From assembly GCA_003158835.1 (NCBI GenBank), contig PMLI01000351.1, forward strand, positions 1 through 37,377: 37,377 bases of DNA, given 5' to 3'. Each line of letters opens with the position of its first letter. Position 1 is the stretch's first letter. Below the pieces are notes generated by a model. The model made no database searches. It had not been told where the DNA came from and worked only from the letters and a program-made list of their open reading frames with translations. The position numbers were made by a program, and so were the translations under genes. Origin of the DNA: Acidimicrobiaceae bacterium (GTDB lineage: Bacteria > Actinomycetota > Acidimicrobiia > Acidimicrobiales > Palsa-688). Shown here piece by piece: positions 6,603 through 15,919 of the stretch.

Positions 6603-7412
6603 TTAAGCGACGACGGTCCACGAGAGGCCGTCCTTCGAGATCATGAGCTGGTTGAACGTCGAGTCCAAATACATCACCCCCACCCCGAGCGCGGGGGCCG
6701 TGGCCTGGGGCACGAAGATGATCTCCGACAGGGTGACGGTCCCGGTGGTGATCGTGCCGGCCTGGTCGGGCCCGAAGTACTCCAGGGCCTGCTGCGCCGT
6801 CAGCGTCATGGCCGCCTCGATGGCGTACAGGAAACAGGAGTCCACGTAGACGTCCCCGGTGAAGTCCGTCGTCATGTCGATGGAGACCCGCATGAGGACC
6901 GGCGCCGAGCTCACGGTGATGGCGACCGTCAGCTTCTGCCAGGTCCCGTCCCCGGAGTGGTAGGAGCCGGTGGACTCGGTCACGCCGTCGGTCACGGAGA
7001 TGCGGCACTTGTTGGCCACCGACGCCTTCACCATGACGCCGAAGACCATCGTCTTGGAGGAGAACCGCGCGGGGACCGGGGCGTCCTGGTAGACCCGGAT
7101 GTAGGAGTTGCTCGAGCCCGCCACCGTCGGGCTCATCTTGTTGCTGTAGGAGCCGGAGTCCTTGATCGTGGCCTCGCGGGCGAAGTTGACGGAGGCCGGC
7201 GACGTGCCGCCCTTGGTCAGCTTCCACGAGTCGGCCAGCGCCGCGCCGTCCGCCGGGTTCACGAACGACGTCGCGGCCGCCCACCCCTCGAACCCGCCGT
7301 TGGAGATGAACGACCCCTTGAGCATGGCCAGGAGCCAGTAATAGTTCGCCATGAACTTCTCGGCGTCCGGCTTGTTGCCCGGGTTGTTGGCGAGGATATA
7401 GGGCAGGCTCAT
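6603..7412 (-). CDS. tail fibre protein with carbohydrate-binding-module-like core (269 aa)
   Basis: The ATG forms an ATGA overlap with the upstream gene. SNGGFEGW is typical of CBM4/9-like jelly-roll modules in phage fibres. It sits between the Tal-like protein and the tailspike. Confidence 0.7.
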   Translation of the reverse strand: MSLPYILANNPGNKPDAEKFMANYYWLLAMLKGSFISNGGFEGWAAATSFVNPADGAALADSWKLTKGGTSPASVNFAREATIKDSGSYSNKMSPTVAGSSNSYIRVYQDAPVPARFSSKTMVFGVMVKASVANKCRISVTDGVTESTGSYHSGDGTWQKLTVAITVSSAPVLMRVSIDMTTDFTGDVYVDSCFLYAIEAAMTLTAQQALEYFGPDQAGTITTGTVTLSEIIFVPQATAPALGVGVMYLDSTFNQLMISKDGLSWTVVA

Positions 7413-9883
7413 GGGAGGATCTCCTCAAGGTCGAACTCGCTGGCGTACCGTTGCGTGTCGTGCCGCGCCCCGATCACCTTCGCGTACATGTCGCTGACCA
7501 GCTGCTCCCCGGCGCCCCACAGGCTGGCGTCCTGGTCCCCGAGGGAGACGGTCTCGTCGCCCATCGTCCAGGTCTTCTTGGGCCGGTTCTGCTGAAAGTT
7601 CACGAGCAGGGTGTCCGACAGGTCCACGTGCGGCAGGAAGCGGCAGGTGGCCCGCAGGCGCCGTCGCGGCCGGGAAAAGTAGTTGAAGAACAGCTTGGCG
7701 ACGCCGGTGGCCACGTCGGAGTCGTTCCCGATCACGATGTCGGTCACGCTGACCTCGAGGATGCGGCTCTTGAACCGGGACAGGGAGTCTCGCGGCGGCC
7801 GCCCGGTGGCCTTCAGGGCGGCGGTGAAGTTGCCGTAGGTCACGCGGACCTCGCTGTACACCTTGTCGTAGCCGGTCGTCAGGGAGGAGATGGCCTGGAT
7901 GTCCTTGCGGTCCACGGTCTCGTCGGCCTGGCGGCTGGTATCCTTGCTGCGGAAGAAGAAGTCCTCGTCGGCGGTGAAGCCCCACTCGTAGTTGGAGAAC
8001 TGGCCGAACGCCTGGATGGCGGAGTAGACCGTCTGGCCGGTGAACTTGGCCAGGGTGATCGTCGCCACGTTTGTCTGGTACTCGATGCGGACCTTGTTGA
8101 CGATGGGCTCGGCGTAGCGAGAGGAATTGTGGCCGAACACGATGCGGAGCTGCAGGTACCGCCGGATCGTGGACTGCACCTGGCCCGCCCCGTCGATGGA
8201 TGTCCATGCGTCCCAGGTCGAGCCGTCCGGGGAGGTCCGCGTCTCGAAGGTCACCGTCTCGGCCAGGCCGGTGGAGTAGTCCGCGAACAGCTTCCCGATG
8301 GTGATGACGCCGGCCGTCATGTCGTAGGTCGGGCTGACCCACGTCGCCGTGAACTGGGCCTTGGGCACGTAGATGTCGTCGACCTCCCGGTCCGTGAGGA
8401 CGAAGGCGCCCTGCTCGGTGGCGATGCCGAAGAAGTTCGGGACGACGTAGAGGGGGGAGTACCCCTGCAGGATCAGGACGCTGTCGACGTACACCTGGAA
8501 CGTGTGGTTGCCGTAGGCGATCACCTTGATGACCACGTCGCCGGAGGCCAGGAGCGGCAGGTTGTAGTCCGTCTGCGCGATCACCTGGTCCGCCACGATG
8601 AGCTGCCACTTCTGGTTGCTGCTCCCGGAGTAGGGCGGCGCCGTGATCTTCAGCATGTTCCCGTTGAAGGAGTACTGGTAGAAGGGGTTGGTGGTGTCCT
8701 GCACGAAGCCCATCACGTTGAACCCGAAGGTCACCTTGTCGAAGGAGCTGTCGACGCCGTTCATCGTCCACTTCCACAGGCCGATCCGCGCGGGCGGGAC
8801 GGGCGTGGAGATCACGCCCATGTTGGTGACACCACCCTTGTCGTAGCGCAGGCGGCCGCCGCCGGTCACGCTCCACGAGATGTTCCCCTGGGGCGTCCAC
8901 ACAGGGTTGGCCGTGAAGTTGCCGTCGGTGAACGAGTCGAGCAGGGAGTAGTTCGCGGGGTCCGTGATGTCGATCTTGATGGACCCCGGCACCGCAGCGT
9001 AGTCGATGCTGGTCGGCGTGCCCGCCTGCCAGTCCGCCATCGAGTCGATGACGATGGCGTTCAGGATGGGGTTGGAGAACACGACCGGGCTGACCAGCTG
9101 GTCCACCGACGGGATCCCGGCGGCCGTGAGCAGGGAGCGCACCAGCTCCTCGATCCGCTTGTTCTGCTGCCAATACTTGTAGGTGATGCGCACCGCGGAC
9201 TGGCTGCCCTGGAACGTGACGGTGGCGCCCAGGTTGGGGTCGTCCAGGTCAGAGGCGCTCCAGGTGGAGTCCCCGCCGGCGACGGCGATCCCCGCGACCG
9301 ACACTTCCGTGATGACGCCGACGCCCGGGTTGGCCGTGGTGAACACGGTCCCCGGGCCGGCGAAGTATTCCTCCGTCACGGTCGTCGAGACGTCCTCGGC
9401 GTTGGCGTTCATCAGGAGGCTTTCCAGGCCCTGCACTGTGACCTGGACCTGGTCGTTGCTGGCGGAGGTGTACTCCACGGCCACGCCGCTGAAGAGGGAG
9501 ACGTACTCGTCCGAGCCGTCGGGCAGGCGGATGCCCACGCGCACGCGGAACTTGGTCCAGTAGGGGTCGTACTGCAGGCCCGGCGACCCGCTGTCCTGGG
9601 CGAAGATGCCGAAGGGGTTGTCCTCGCGCCAGCGGTTGTCCGTGTTCAGCAGGGTCAGCGTGACGTTGGAAACCTTGAACTCGTTGAGCTGCTCGGAGTC
9701 CAGCTGCTCCGTCACGGGCGAGACGGCCACGACGTCGGCCCGGCTCACCACCGTCCATGCCGCCTCCCACACGTAGGCCAGCGCGGCCGTGTCCCAGTAC
9801 CGCCGCTTGTAGGAGACCTCGCGCGTCGCCTCTCCCTTGTTCCGGGCCAGGGCCAGCCGCAGGGCGGTGGTCACGGTCTTCAT
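7409..9883 (-). CDS. large distal tail/baseplate protein (Tal-like) (824 aa)
   Basis: Track ORF 7409..10015 trimmed to ATG 9881-9883, which forms an ATGA overlap with the Dit-like gene. Its size and position directly after the tape measure and Dit-like genes fit a Tal. The central region (FTDGNFTANPVW...) resembles a LamG/concanavalin-like jelly roll. Confidence 0.7.
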   Translation of the reverse strand: MKTVTTALRLALARNKGEATREVSYKRRYWDTAALAYVWEAAWTVVSRADVVAVSPVTEQLDSEQLNEFKVSNVTLTLLNTDNRWREDNPFGIFAQDSGSPGLQYDPYWTKFRVRVGIRLPDGSDEYVSLFSGVAVEYTSASNDQVQVTVQGLESLLMNANAEDVSTTVTEEYFAGPGTVFTTANPGVGVITEVSVAGIAVAGGDSTWSASDLDDPNLGATVTFQGSQSAVRITYKYWQQNKRIEELVRSLLTAAGIPSVDQLVSPVVFSNPILNAIVIDSMADWQAGTPTSIDYAAVPGSIKIDITDPANYSLLDSFTDGNFTANPVWTPQGNISWSVTGGGRLRYDKGGVTNMGVISTPVPPARIGLWKWTMNGVDSSFDKVTFGFNVMGFVQDTTNPFYQYSFNGNMLKITAPPYSGSSNQKWQLIVADQVIAQTDYNLPLLASGDVVIKVIAYGNHTFQVYVDSVLILQGYSPLYVVPNFFGIATEQGAFVLTDREVDDIYVPKAQFTATWVSPTYDMTAGVITIGKLFADYSTGLAETVTFETRTSPDGSTWDAWTSIDGAGQVQSTIRRYLQLRIVFGHNSSRYAEPIVNKVRIEYQTNVATITLAKFTGQTVYSAIQAFGQFSNYEWGFTADEDFFFRSKDTSRQADETVDRKDIQAISSLTTGYDKVYSEVRVTYGNFTAALKATGRPPRDSLSRFKSRILEVSVTDIVIGNDSDVATGVAKLFFNYFSRPRRRLRATCRFLPHVDLSDTLLVNFQQNRPKKTWTMGDETVSLGDQDASLWGAGEQLVSDMYAKVIGARHDTQRYASEFDLEEILP

Positions 9884-10659
9884 CAGACTTCCCGGACTTC
9901 CATCGTCACCTGGGATCCGGCGCCCTTGTAGCTCGAGACGTACTTCTCGGCCCAGGGCGCGGACCAGAACACCAGGTAAATCTCTGCCGGACGGGTCACG
10001 GACTCTGGGTACCACAGGAATGGCTCGGCGTCGTCCCGGACGGCCTTGAGCGCGTCGCGGGCGGCGCTGTTGAGGAAGCTGAAGGTGACGCTGGCCTCAT
10101 ACCGCTGGACGCGGTTCTGGGCCCACCGCGTCGTGACGCGGTGCAGGCTGCCTTCGCCCATCACCAGCTCGGCGGTCAGTTCCCGCCACCGTGGCGCGTA
10201 GGCCGGCTCCACGTCGCGTCCGGGATCCACGAGGAGGGCGCAGACGACCATCTCCCCGACGAACTTCTCGGCGTCCGCGATCTGCGTCGCGGTGGCGCGC
10301 AGGCGCACCTTGGTCGTGGCGGTGCTGGAGAGGGTCTTGAGCGTGTTCCCGAGCGCGTCGGCCGTCACGGTCAGGAGGAGGACCCAGGCCGAGCCGTCCC
10401 AGTAGTCCAGGTGCCAGTCCTTCAGGTTGTGGTTGATGAGGAGGATCCGGTCGATGGTCCGGCTCACGGCGACGCCGCTCTCGTAGAACTCCACGGCCAC
10501 GGACACCTCGGTGGCGTCGCTATTGGCGCCGGAGGTCGTCCACTTGGAGTCCTGGTCTCGGTCGAACAGGTAGCCCTTGGACCCGTCGCCGTGGGAGACG
10601 GTGACCAAGGCCTCGTCGTCGACGTAGTTCTTGGTGAAGAGGAGGGGTTCGGAGCTCAC
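9883..10659 (-). CDS. distal tail protein (Dit-like) with N-terminal discoidin/F5-8-type-C-like domain (258 aa)
   Basis: GTG 10657-10659 lies one nt after the tape-measure stop (TGACGTG). DRDQDSKWTT...IDRILLINHNLKDWHLDYWDGSAWVLL resembles discoidin/CBM32 domains. The position immediately after the tape measure fits a Dit. Confidence 0.6.
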   Translation of the reverse strand: MSSEPLLFTKNYVDDEALVTVSHGDGSKGYLFDRDQDSKWTTSGANSDATEVSVAVEFYESGVAVSRTIDRILLINHNLKDWHLDYWDGSAWVLLLTVTADALGNTLKTLSSTATTKVRLRATATQIADAEKFVGEMVVCALLVDPGRDVEPAYAPRWRELTAELVMGEGSLHRVTTRWAQNRVQRYEASVTFSFLNSAARDALKAVRDDAEPFLWYPESVTRPAEIYLVFWSAPWAEKYVSSYKGAGSQVTMEVREV

Positions 10660-10660
10660 G

Positions 10661-12565
10661 TCACACCGCCCGGGCCGCGTTGCGGTCGCCGACGTTCTTC
10701 ATGACAACCGCCAGCGCGACGCCGCCCACGACGCCGCTGCGGACGTATTCGGCCAGCTTCTGCCCGACCACGTCGATGTCGGAGAGGTCCACGTGGTCCG
10801 CGGAGAACTGGACGACGACGCCGCCCACGTTGATGACGGTCGTCCCGCTTCCCCCGCCGCCGCCCCCGCCACCGAACCCGCCGCCGATTACCTCCGTTGC
10901 GGGCCCGCCGCCCACGCCAGGCGCGCCGCCGGAGATCCCCGAGACGCCGGACCCCGGCCCGCCGGCGTCCTCGGACCCGCCGGCGCCGATGGAGCCCGTG
11001 CCCGCGTTGGCCCGGCTGGCCGCCTCGCCGATGGCTTTGGACTGCTGCGCGAACTGGGCCACGACGAGGGCTGTGCCGGCGATCTTCATGCCCACGTCGA
11101 CGGCCACGTTGCCCGAGCTGGCCGCCGTCCAGATCCGCCCGATGGCGATGGCCTTCTCGAGGGCCAGGATCACCCGGGCCCGAGCGACCTCCGCCTTGGT
11201 GGAATTGTCGCCCATGCTGTTGAGGATGTTGAGGGTCTGCAGGGAAAGGTCGACGATGTCCAGCGCGCCCTGCGTCTTGATCTTGACCTCTTGGCGGGTG
11301 CGTTCCTGGTCCTGCTTCACCGCCAGCTGGCCGAGCTTGTCCAGGGCCTTCTGCCGGTCCTGGTTGACCTTCACGATCCGGCCGTTCTTGTCGACCTCGT
11401 CCTTGAACTCCTTCTCGATCTTGGCCCGCTCGGCCGCGATTTCGGCCTGGTCCATGAGCCGCTTCTTGGCGAAGGTCTCCTCGCCGAGCGCTGCCATCTT
11501 CTGCTGGATCTCGGCCTCGATCTCCGCCAGCTTGTCGTGCATGGCCTCGGCGCCCTGGACGCTCACGGCGATCCGGCCGTTGCTGGCCTTCAAGGCCTCC
11601 GCTATCTGCTTGTCGGTCTGCGACTCCCAGATGTGGTCCATGTCCTCGGAGGTCTTCTGGAACACCCCCTCGATGTTCTTGGCGGTGTCGAGCGCGATCA
11701 CCTTGGCCTGGGAGAAGTGGCCGGTGGTCACGGCCAGCATCCCGGCCGCGAAGCCCTTGAACCCCTCGAACATGGCGGCGAAGACCCCGGCGATGCTCGA
11801 GCCCAGGGACTCGACCACCTTCAGGAGGTTGGTGAACTGCCGCATGACGAAGGCCACGGCCGGCCCGAGGGCGTCGCCGATGGTCCGGGAGAAGTCGTCG
11901 AAGGCGGCCTTGGTCTGGCTGGCCTCCTTGGTGAAGGACTGCTCCTTCTCCGCCGCGCCGCCCAAGGTGCGCTGGAGGTTGTCGATGGCCGACTGGGCGG
12001 TCCGGGCCCCGCCGGTGAAGGCGCCCAGTTCCTTGTTGGCCATCTTGAGCCCGCGCTCGTTGCCCGCGATCAGGTCGATGAGGAGCTGCTCGGACTCCTG
12101 CAGGTTCTTCCCGGTCTGGACGGAGATGTCCATCGCCAGCTTGGACGCCCGCATGGCGGTGGCGAGGTTGCCGGTGGCGCGGACGAACCGCTCGAGAGAG
12201 GAGATGGCCTGGTCGTTGTCGAACCGGGTCGCGGCCTGGATGGCCTCGGACCACCGGACGATCTGGTCCTTGTTCTTGTCGAAGGACAGGCCCGCCGCGT
12301 CCACGTCGCCCTTCAGGCGGCGCATGGCCTCGGCGTGCTCGTTGGACTTGAGGACGGCGTTGGAGAAGAAGGCGATGATGCCGCCGGTGGTGGCGAACGG
12401 GAGGAACTGCTTGAGGAGGCCGGCGGCCTCCCCCTTCAGCCCGGAGAAGGATCCCTGGGCCTGCTTGGCCTTTTCCGAGACGCCCTGGAACTTGGCGCCC
12501 AGGACCTCGAGCGCCCCGGTGTCGGAGTTGACCTTGACGGAAAGCTGGATGACCTTGTCGGCCAC
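10661..12565 (-). CDS. tail tape measure protein (634 aa)
   Basis: GTG start one nt after the upstream stop (TGACGTG). A long helical Ala/Lys/Glu/Gln-rich protein with a glycine-rich C-terminus (GGGFGGGGGGGGSGT), in the canonical position between the tube/chaperone genes and the distal tail genes. Confidence 0.8.
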   Translation of the reverse strand: MADKVIQLSVKVNSDTGALEVLGAKFQGVSEKAKQAQGSFSGLKGEAAGLLKQFLPFATTGGIIAFFSNAVLKSNEHAEAMRRLKGDVDAAGLSFDKNKDQIVRWSEAIQAATRFDNDQAISSLERFVRATGNLATAMRASKLAMDISVQTGKNLQESEQLLIDLIAGNERGLKMANKELGAFTGGARTAQSAIDNLQRTLGGAAEKEQSFTKEASQTKAAFDDFSRTIGDALGPAVAFVMRQFTNLLKVVESLGSSIAGVFAAMFEGFKGFAAGMLAVTTGHFSQAKVIALDTAKNIEGVFQKTSEDMDHIWESQTDKQIAEALKASNGRIAVSVQGAEAMHDKLAEIEAEIQQKMAALGEETFAKKRLMDQAEIAAERAKIEKEFKDEVDKNGRIVKVNQDRQKALDKLGQLAVKQDQERTRQEVKIKTQGALDIVDLSLQTLNILNSMGDNSTKAEVARARVILALEKAIAIGRIWTAASSGNVAVDVGMKIAGTALVVAQFAQQSKAIGEAASRANAGTGSIGAGGSEDAGGPGSGVSGISGGAPGVGGGPATEVIGGGFGGGGGGGGSGTTVINVGGVVVQFSADHVDLSDIDVVGQKLAEYVRSGVVGGVALAVVMKNVGDRNAARAV

Positions 12566-12566
12566 G

Positions 12567-12776
12567 TCAGCCCACCTCGATCTCTACGGCCTCCACAAGG
12601 GCGCGGAACAGCGGGGCGCGGCGCCGGCGGGGGACCGTCCGGTCAGCGACGATCCCCCGCCAGGCGGCGTAGAAGGTGTAGCGGCGCACGTCCGCCGGGA
12701 CGCCGCACAAGGCCATCTCGGCCAGGTGCGCGCCGTCCGCGGGCGTGGTGCGCATGATCTCCCCCGCGAGGTCCAT
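12567..12776 (-). CDS. small protein in the tail-assembly-chaperone position (69 aa)
   Basis: Track ORF 12567..14081 trimmed to ATG 12774-12776, which forms an ATGA overlap with the tube gene. It reads MDLAGEIMRTTPADGAHLAEMALCGVP... The function is inferred from position only. Confidence 0.5.
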   Translation of the reverse strand: MDLAGEIMRTTPADGAHLAEMALCGVPADVRRYTFYAAWRGIVADRTVPRRRRAPLFRALVEAVEIEVG

Positions 12777-14071
12777 CAGGCGTAGGCGACGACCTGGTTG
12801 GTCACCACCGGCAGGATGATGGACGTGCCGTCGTGGTAGCCCTTGTAGTTCACCTTGGCCGCCAGCAGGTTGTTCTCGTAGCCGAAGGGGAACTCGGCGT
12901 ATCGGGCGTCGGTGACCGGGAGGTCCACGGCGTACTTCACGCCGTTGCCGATGGTGGACCCCTCGACCAGGATCCGCTGCACGGAGGACGTCATGGCCAG
13001 CATCTTGGCCCGCTCCGTCTCCGCCTGGAAGTCGATGTCGAGCGTGCCCTCGACCATGAACGGCTCGGGCGCCACGATGTCCTGGGCGGGCTGGACCTGG
13101 GCCAGGGTGAGGCGGTGCTTGGCCTGGTTCGACAGCTTGAGCGTCCACGCCTTGACGTCCTGGTTCGTCGAGCCGGCGATCTTGTAGGTCGTGTGCTGGA
13201 ACGAGAGGTACCGCTGCGTCGGGAAGGACGGCGACCCGATGCTGCCGCTGGCCGCCTCCGACTCGAACAGGAAGTCGACCTCGACCTGGATCAGGTTGTC
13301 GACCGGGCCGGACAGATTCACGGCCTGGACGCAGGACCGCTTGTAGACCTTCACGTCGATGCCCCAGTTGAGGAAGAACGTGTAGGACGGCGGCTGCACC
13401 CCGGTGCCCAGGGAGAACGTGTGGGCGAAGGCGTACTCGACGGACGTGCCCCCGGTGTAGGAGGTCGCGCCCGTGCTGTTGGCCGCGGTGGAGAACCCGA
13501 TGGTCGCCGCGATGCTGGTCGCCGTGTTGGTCCCGGTGTTCCACAGCAGGTTGAGCGTCCCGGCGCTCCGGGTGATTGTGAACTTCTTCGTGGACCGGCT
13601 GTAGGTCACCGTGTAGGTGCCGACGGCCTCGGCCGCGACGATGGCGTCGTAGATCGCCTTGCAGAGCGTCCCGGCCCCGGCCTGGGTCAGGCCGATGGGG
13701 TAGGACGCGCTGGCGATGGTGGCCGTCAGCTGGCTGGCGCCAATGTTGAAGTCCAGCTTGTTGTTGGTGCTGTCGATCAGGACCACGGACGACTCCGCGC
13801 TGGCGACGCCGCCCATCAGGGAGTACATGAACTCGCCGATCATCTGTGGGTCCAGGATGAACTTCACCTTGCCGGTGCCGAGCTTGCGGCCGGCGACGGG
13901 CGCGAAGTCCGCGCGGACGCCGCGTAGGCCGTTGTCCTCGAGGAGGGCGGGGGCGTATTTGATCTCGGGGTCCATCGCCGGGTACCACTTGACCGGCGAT
14001 GCCTCCGCGGTGCCGCGCACGCTTTCGAGCGCGAGCCCGAATTGAAACTGTTGTTTTCCGTAGAGAGACAT
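12776..14071 (-). CDS. major tail (tube) protein with a large internal insertion (431 aa)
   Basis: AGGAGG lies upstream of the ATG. The N-terminal pattern FQFGLALESVRGTAE...GTGKVKFILDP and the C-terminal beta-rich part resemble tail tube proteins. Residues ~95-215 (TYTVTYSRSTKKFTITRSAGTLNLLWNTGTN...IGF) look like an inserted domain. Confidence 0.65.
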   Translation of the reverse strand: MSLYGKQQFQFGLALESVRGTAEASPVKWYPAMDPEIKYAPALLEDNGLRGVRADFAPVAGRKLGTGKVKFILDPQMIGEFMYSLMGGVASAESSVVLIDSTNNKLDFNIGASQLTATIASASYPIGLTQAGAGTLCKAIYDAIVAAEAVGTYTVTYSRSTKKFTITRSAGTLNLLWNTGTNTATSIAATIGFSTAANSTGATSYTGGTSVEYAFAHTFSLGTGVQPPSYTFFLNWGIDVKVYKRSCVQAVNLSGPVDNLIQVEVDFLFESEAASGSIGSPSFPTQRYLSFQHTTYKIAGSTNQDVKAWTLKLSNQAKHRLTLAQVQPAQDIVAPEPFMVEGTLDIDFQAETERAKMLAMTSSVQRILVEGSTIGNGVKYAVDLPVTDARYAEFPFGYENNLLAAKVNYKGYHDGTSIILPVVTNQVVAYA

Positions 14072-14073
14072 GG

Positions 14074-14304
14074 TTATTCAACCTCCTGGGCTGGCTTAAA
14101 ACACGGACTGCCTAAAAGCTTCGCGATGACGACGGGGTCGGTGATGCTGGCGCCAGCGAGGAACCGCCCGGCGCCGGGGATCACGCATTCCTGGACGCAG
14201 ATCAGCTCGAGCGCGGACTCGTCCCGCGCGGCCGAGAGGCCGAGCCCTTTGTCGGCGAAGTCGCCGGGTCGCACCATCTTGTCTTTGACCTTCTTCTGGC
14301 TCAC
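14074..14304 (-). CDS. hypothetical protein (76 aa)
   Basis: Track ORF 14074..14409 trimmed to GTG 14302-14304 (GTGA overlap with the upstream stop). An alternative start is the ATG nine codons downstream. Confidence 0.55.
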   Translation of the reverse strand: MSQKKVKDKMVRPGDFADKGLGLSAARDESALELICVQECVIPGAGRFLAGASITDPVVIAKLLGSPCFKPAQEVE

Positions 14305-14753
14305 GGGCTCACCCCTTCGCTGACGTATTGGAACTCGACGGTGATCGCGCACACGCCGAGGTCGTCGGTGTCGCCGTCGCTGGTCACCACGCGCTTGACC
14401 TCGGTCCACTTGACGTGGTCGCCCTGCAGGCGGTCCTGCTCGAGGGCCTTGGTGATGTCCTCGACGAACTTCTCCACCTCGTCCATCGTGCCCGTGACGC
14501 CGGTGGCGCTCTTGACGTAGCCGAGCAGGACGACCTCGAGCCGTCCGATGAACTGGTTCCCGGTCAGGTTGCTCCGGTCCTCCATCGTGCGGGCGATGCA
14601 GATCGCTGGCAGCGCCGACTGGGGCAGCGCGTCGATCTCGTAGACCCCGCGCTTCACGGACCCGACGGTGAAGTTGTAGCCGCTCCCGGTGGCGATCTGG
14701 GCCAGGACGGTGTCCCGCAAATAGGCCAGGAGGGTGGCGCGCTTACTCGCCAT
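14301..14753 (-). CDS. tail terminator / tail completion protein (DUF3168-like) (150 aa)
   Basis: Its size, position (after the gp10-like protein and before the tube) and general sequence pattern (LRDTVLAQI...LPAICI...VVLLGYV) fit siphovirus tail terminator proteins. Confidence 0.55.
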   Translation of the reverse strand: MASKRATLLAYLRDTVLAQIATGSGYNFTVGSVKRGVYEIDALPQSALPAICIARTMEDRSNLTGNQFIGRLEVVLLGYVKSATGVTGTMDEVEKFVEDITKALEQDRLQGDHVKWTEVKRVVTSDGDTDDLGVCAITVEFQYVSEGVSP

Positions 14754-15312
14754 GCCACGCCCCGGAGACGGCGCGTTCCAGGACGTCCCCGATGGTCTTC
14801 TCCAGCCGCGGCAGGTTCTCGGCCACGCCGGGCCCCAGGAACGGGCGGGGCGGAATGAGGGAGCCGGGGTGGTGGACCACCTGGGCGAAGACGACCGCGC
14901 CCTCGGCCTGGCGCCGGGCCAGCTTGCCGGACTTGGTGCGGCGCACCGTGCCGGAAAAGTTGGGGCTCACGAAGCGGAGGAACCGCCGGCGCTTGGGCCG
15001 GATGTCGTGGGCCGGGGTGCGGCCGCCGAACTCGTGGATGGCCGCGTAGGGGACGTCCGACCCGAAGGTGACGGTGATCTCGGTCGGCTGCTCGGCCAGG
15101 AGGTATCGGATGCTGGTGCGGAGCCGGCCCGTCCGCACCTTCAGGTGGTCCTGGCCGCCGGAGAGGAACTTCTCCTTGATGGTGGTCGTCGCGTCGTTGG
15201 CGAAGTCCTGGGAGGCCTTGGACAGCAGCTCCCGCACGCGGTCCCGCGCCTGCACCAGGTCCTGGCCCGTCTTGGCGAGATTGGCGACGCCGTCGATCTG
15301 CATCTCAAGCAT
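14743..15312 (-). CDS. HK97 gp10-like head-tail joining (neck) protein (189 aa)
   Basis: VPYAAIHEFGG and the surrounding pattern are characteristic of the HK97-gp10-like family. It is in the connector gene position. Confidence 0.7.
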   Translation of the reverse strand: MLEMQIDGVANLAKTGQDLVQARDRVRELLSKASQDFANDATTTIKEKFLSGGQDHLKVRTGRLRTSIRYLLAEQPTEITVTFGSDVPYAAIHEFGGRTPAHDIRPKRRRFLRFVSPNFSGTVRRTKSGKLARRQAEGAVVFAQVVHHPGSLIPPRPFLGPGVAENLPRLEKTIGDVLERAVSGAWHGE

Positions 15313-15919
15313 GGCCGCCCCCGGGCGACAGGACGTCGCGGTAGCGTTCCAGGATCATCTTGGCCTTGGGCGGGATGGCGTCCTGGGAGTAGGTGAGCGT
15401 GCGGTCGTCCAGGGTCTCGGACTGCAGGCCGATCCGGCCGTCCTGGTAGATGCGCTTGTAGTGGTGCTGCACGATCAGCAGCACCGCTTCCTCGAGGTCG
15501 TGGGGCACGGTGGACCCGGCGACGTAGCCCGCGGTGTAGGTCACCTTGACGTTGGCCCTCCCCTTGGTGAAGGACCCGCCGTTGTTCCAGAGCTCGAGGA
15601 TCCCGGCCGCGCCGTCCGTGATGAGGTCCGCCGCGCTGTCCACCAAAGTGTCCGCGCCGAAGGTGCGGAGCCCGTCTATGTAGACCGAGGCGACCGCCGT
15701 GACGGGGCGGTGGTTCAAGATGAGTTGACGGTCCCCGTCGCCGTCGTAGTACTCGGTGCGCTGCGTGGAGACGAGTTGCCGCCCGGCGTACTTGGAGGCC
15801 AAGGCGGAGGCCCGGTTGATGAGGTCGGCCAGGACGGTGTCCTCGCTGGACCCGGCGATCTTCAGGACCGTGCGCGCGTCGGCGACGGCCACCAGGGCGA
15901 CGGCGGTGTCGAGGCTCAT
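15305..15919 (-). CDS. head-tail connector/adaptor protein (gp6-like N-terminal region) (204 aa)
   Basis: The ATG forms an ATGA overlap with the upstream gene. The N-terminal pattern VADARTVLKIAGSSEDTVLADLINRASALASKYAGR resembles phage gp6-like head-tail connectors. It is longer than usual and may be a two-domain protein. Confidence 0.6.
   Translation of the reverse strand: MSLDTAVALVAVADARTVLKIAGSSEDTVLADLINRASALASKYAGRQLVSTQRTEYYDGDGDRQLILNHRPVTAVASVYIDGLRTFGADTLVDSAADLITDGAAGILELWNNGGSFTKGRANVKVTYTAGYVAGSTVPHDLEEAVLLIVQHHYKRIYQDGRIGLQSETLDDRTLTYSQDAIPPKAKMILERYRDVLSPGGGHA

Noticed and set aside
7451-12785. Very long plus-strand ORFs (7451..9931, 10631..12757, 10680..12785). Similar ones occur elsewhere (5549..6646, 19505..21124, 23311..25182, 34267..35853).
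   Set aside because: They are antisense to well-supported minus-strand genes. They are dominated by Arg/Gly/Pro/Asp/Val/His or Ser/Pro/Ala runs and lack recognisable motifs. They are the stop-poor shadow frames expected in a GC-rich genome.
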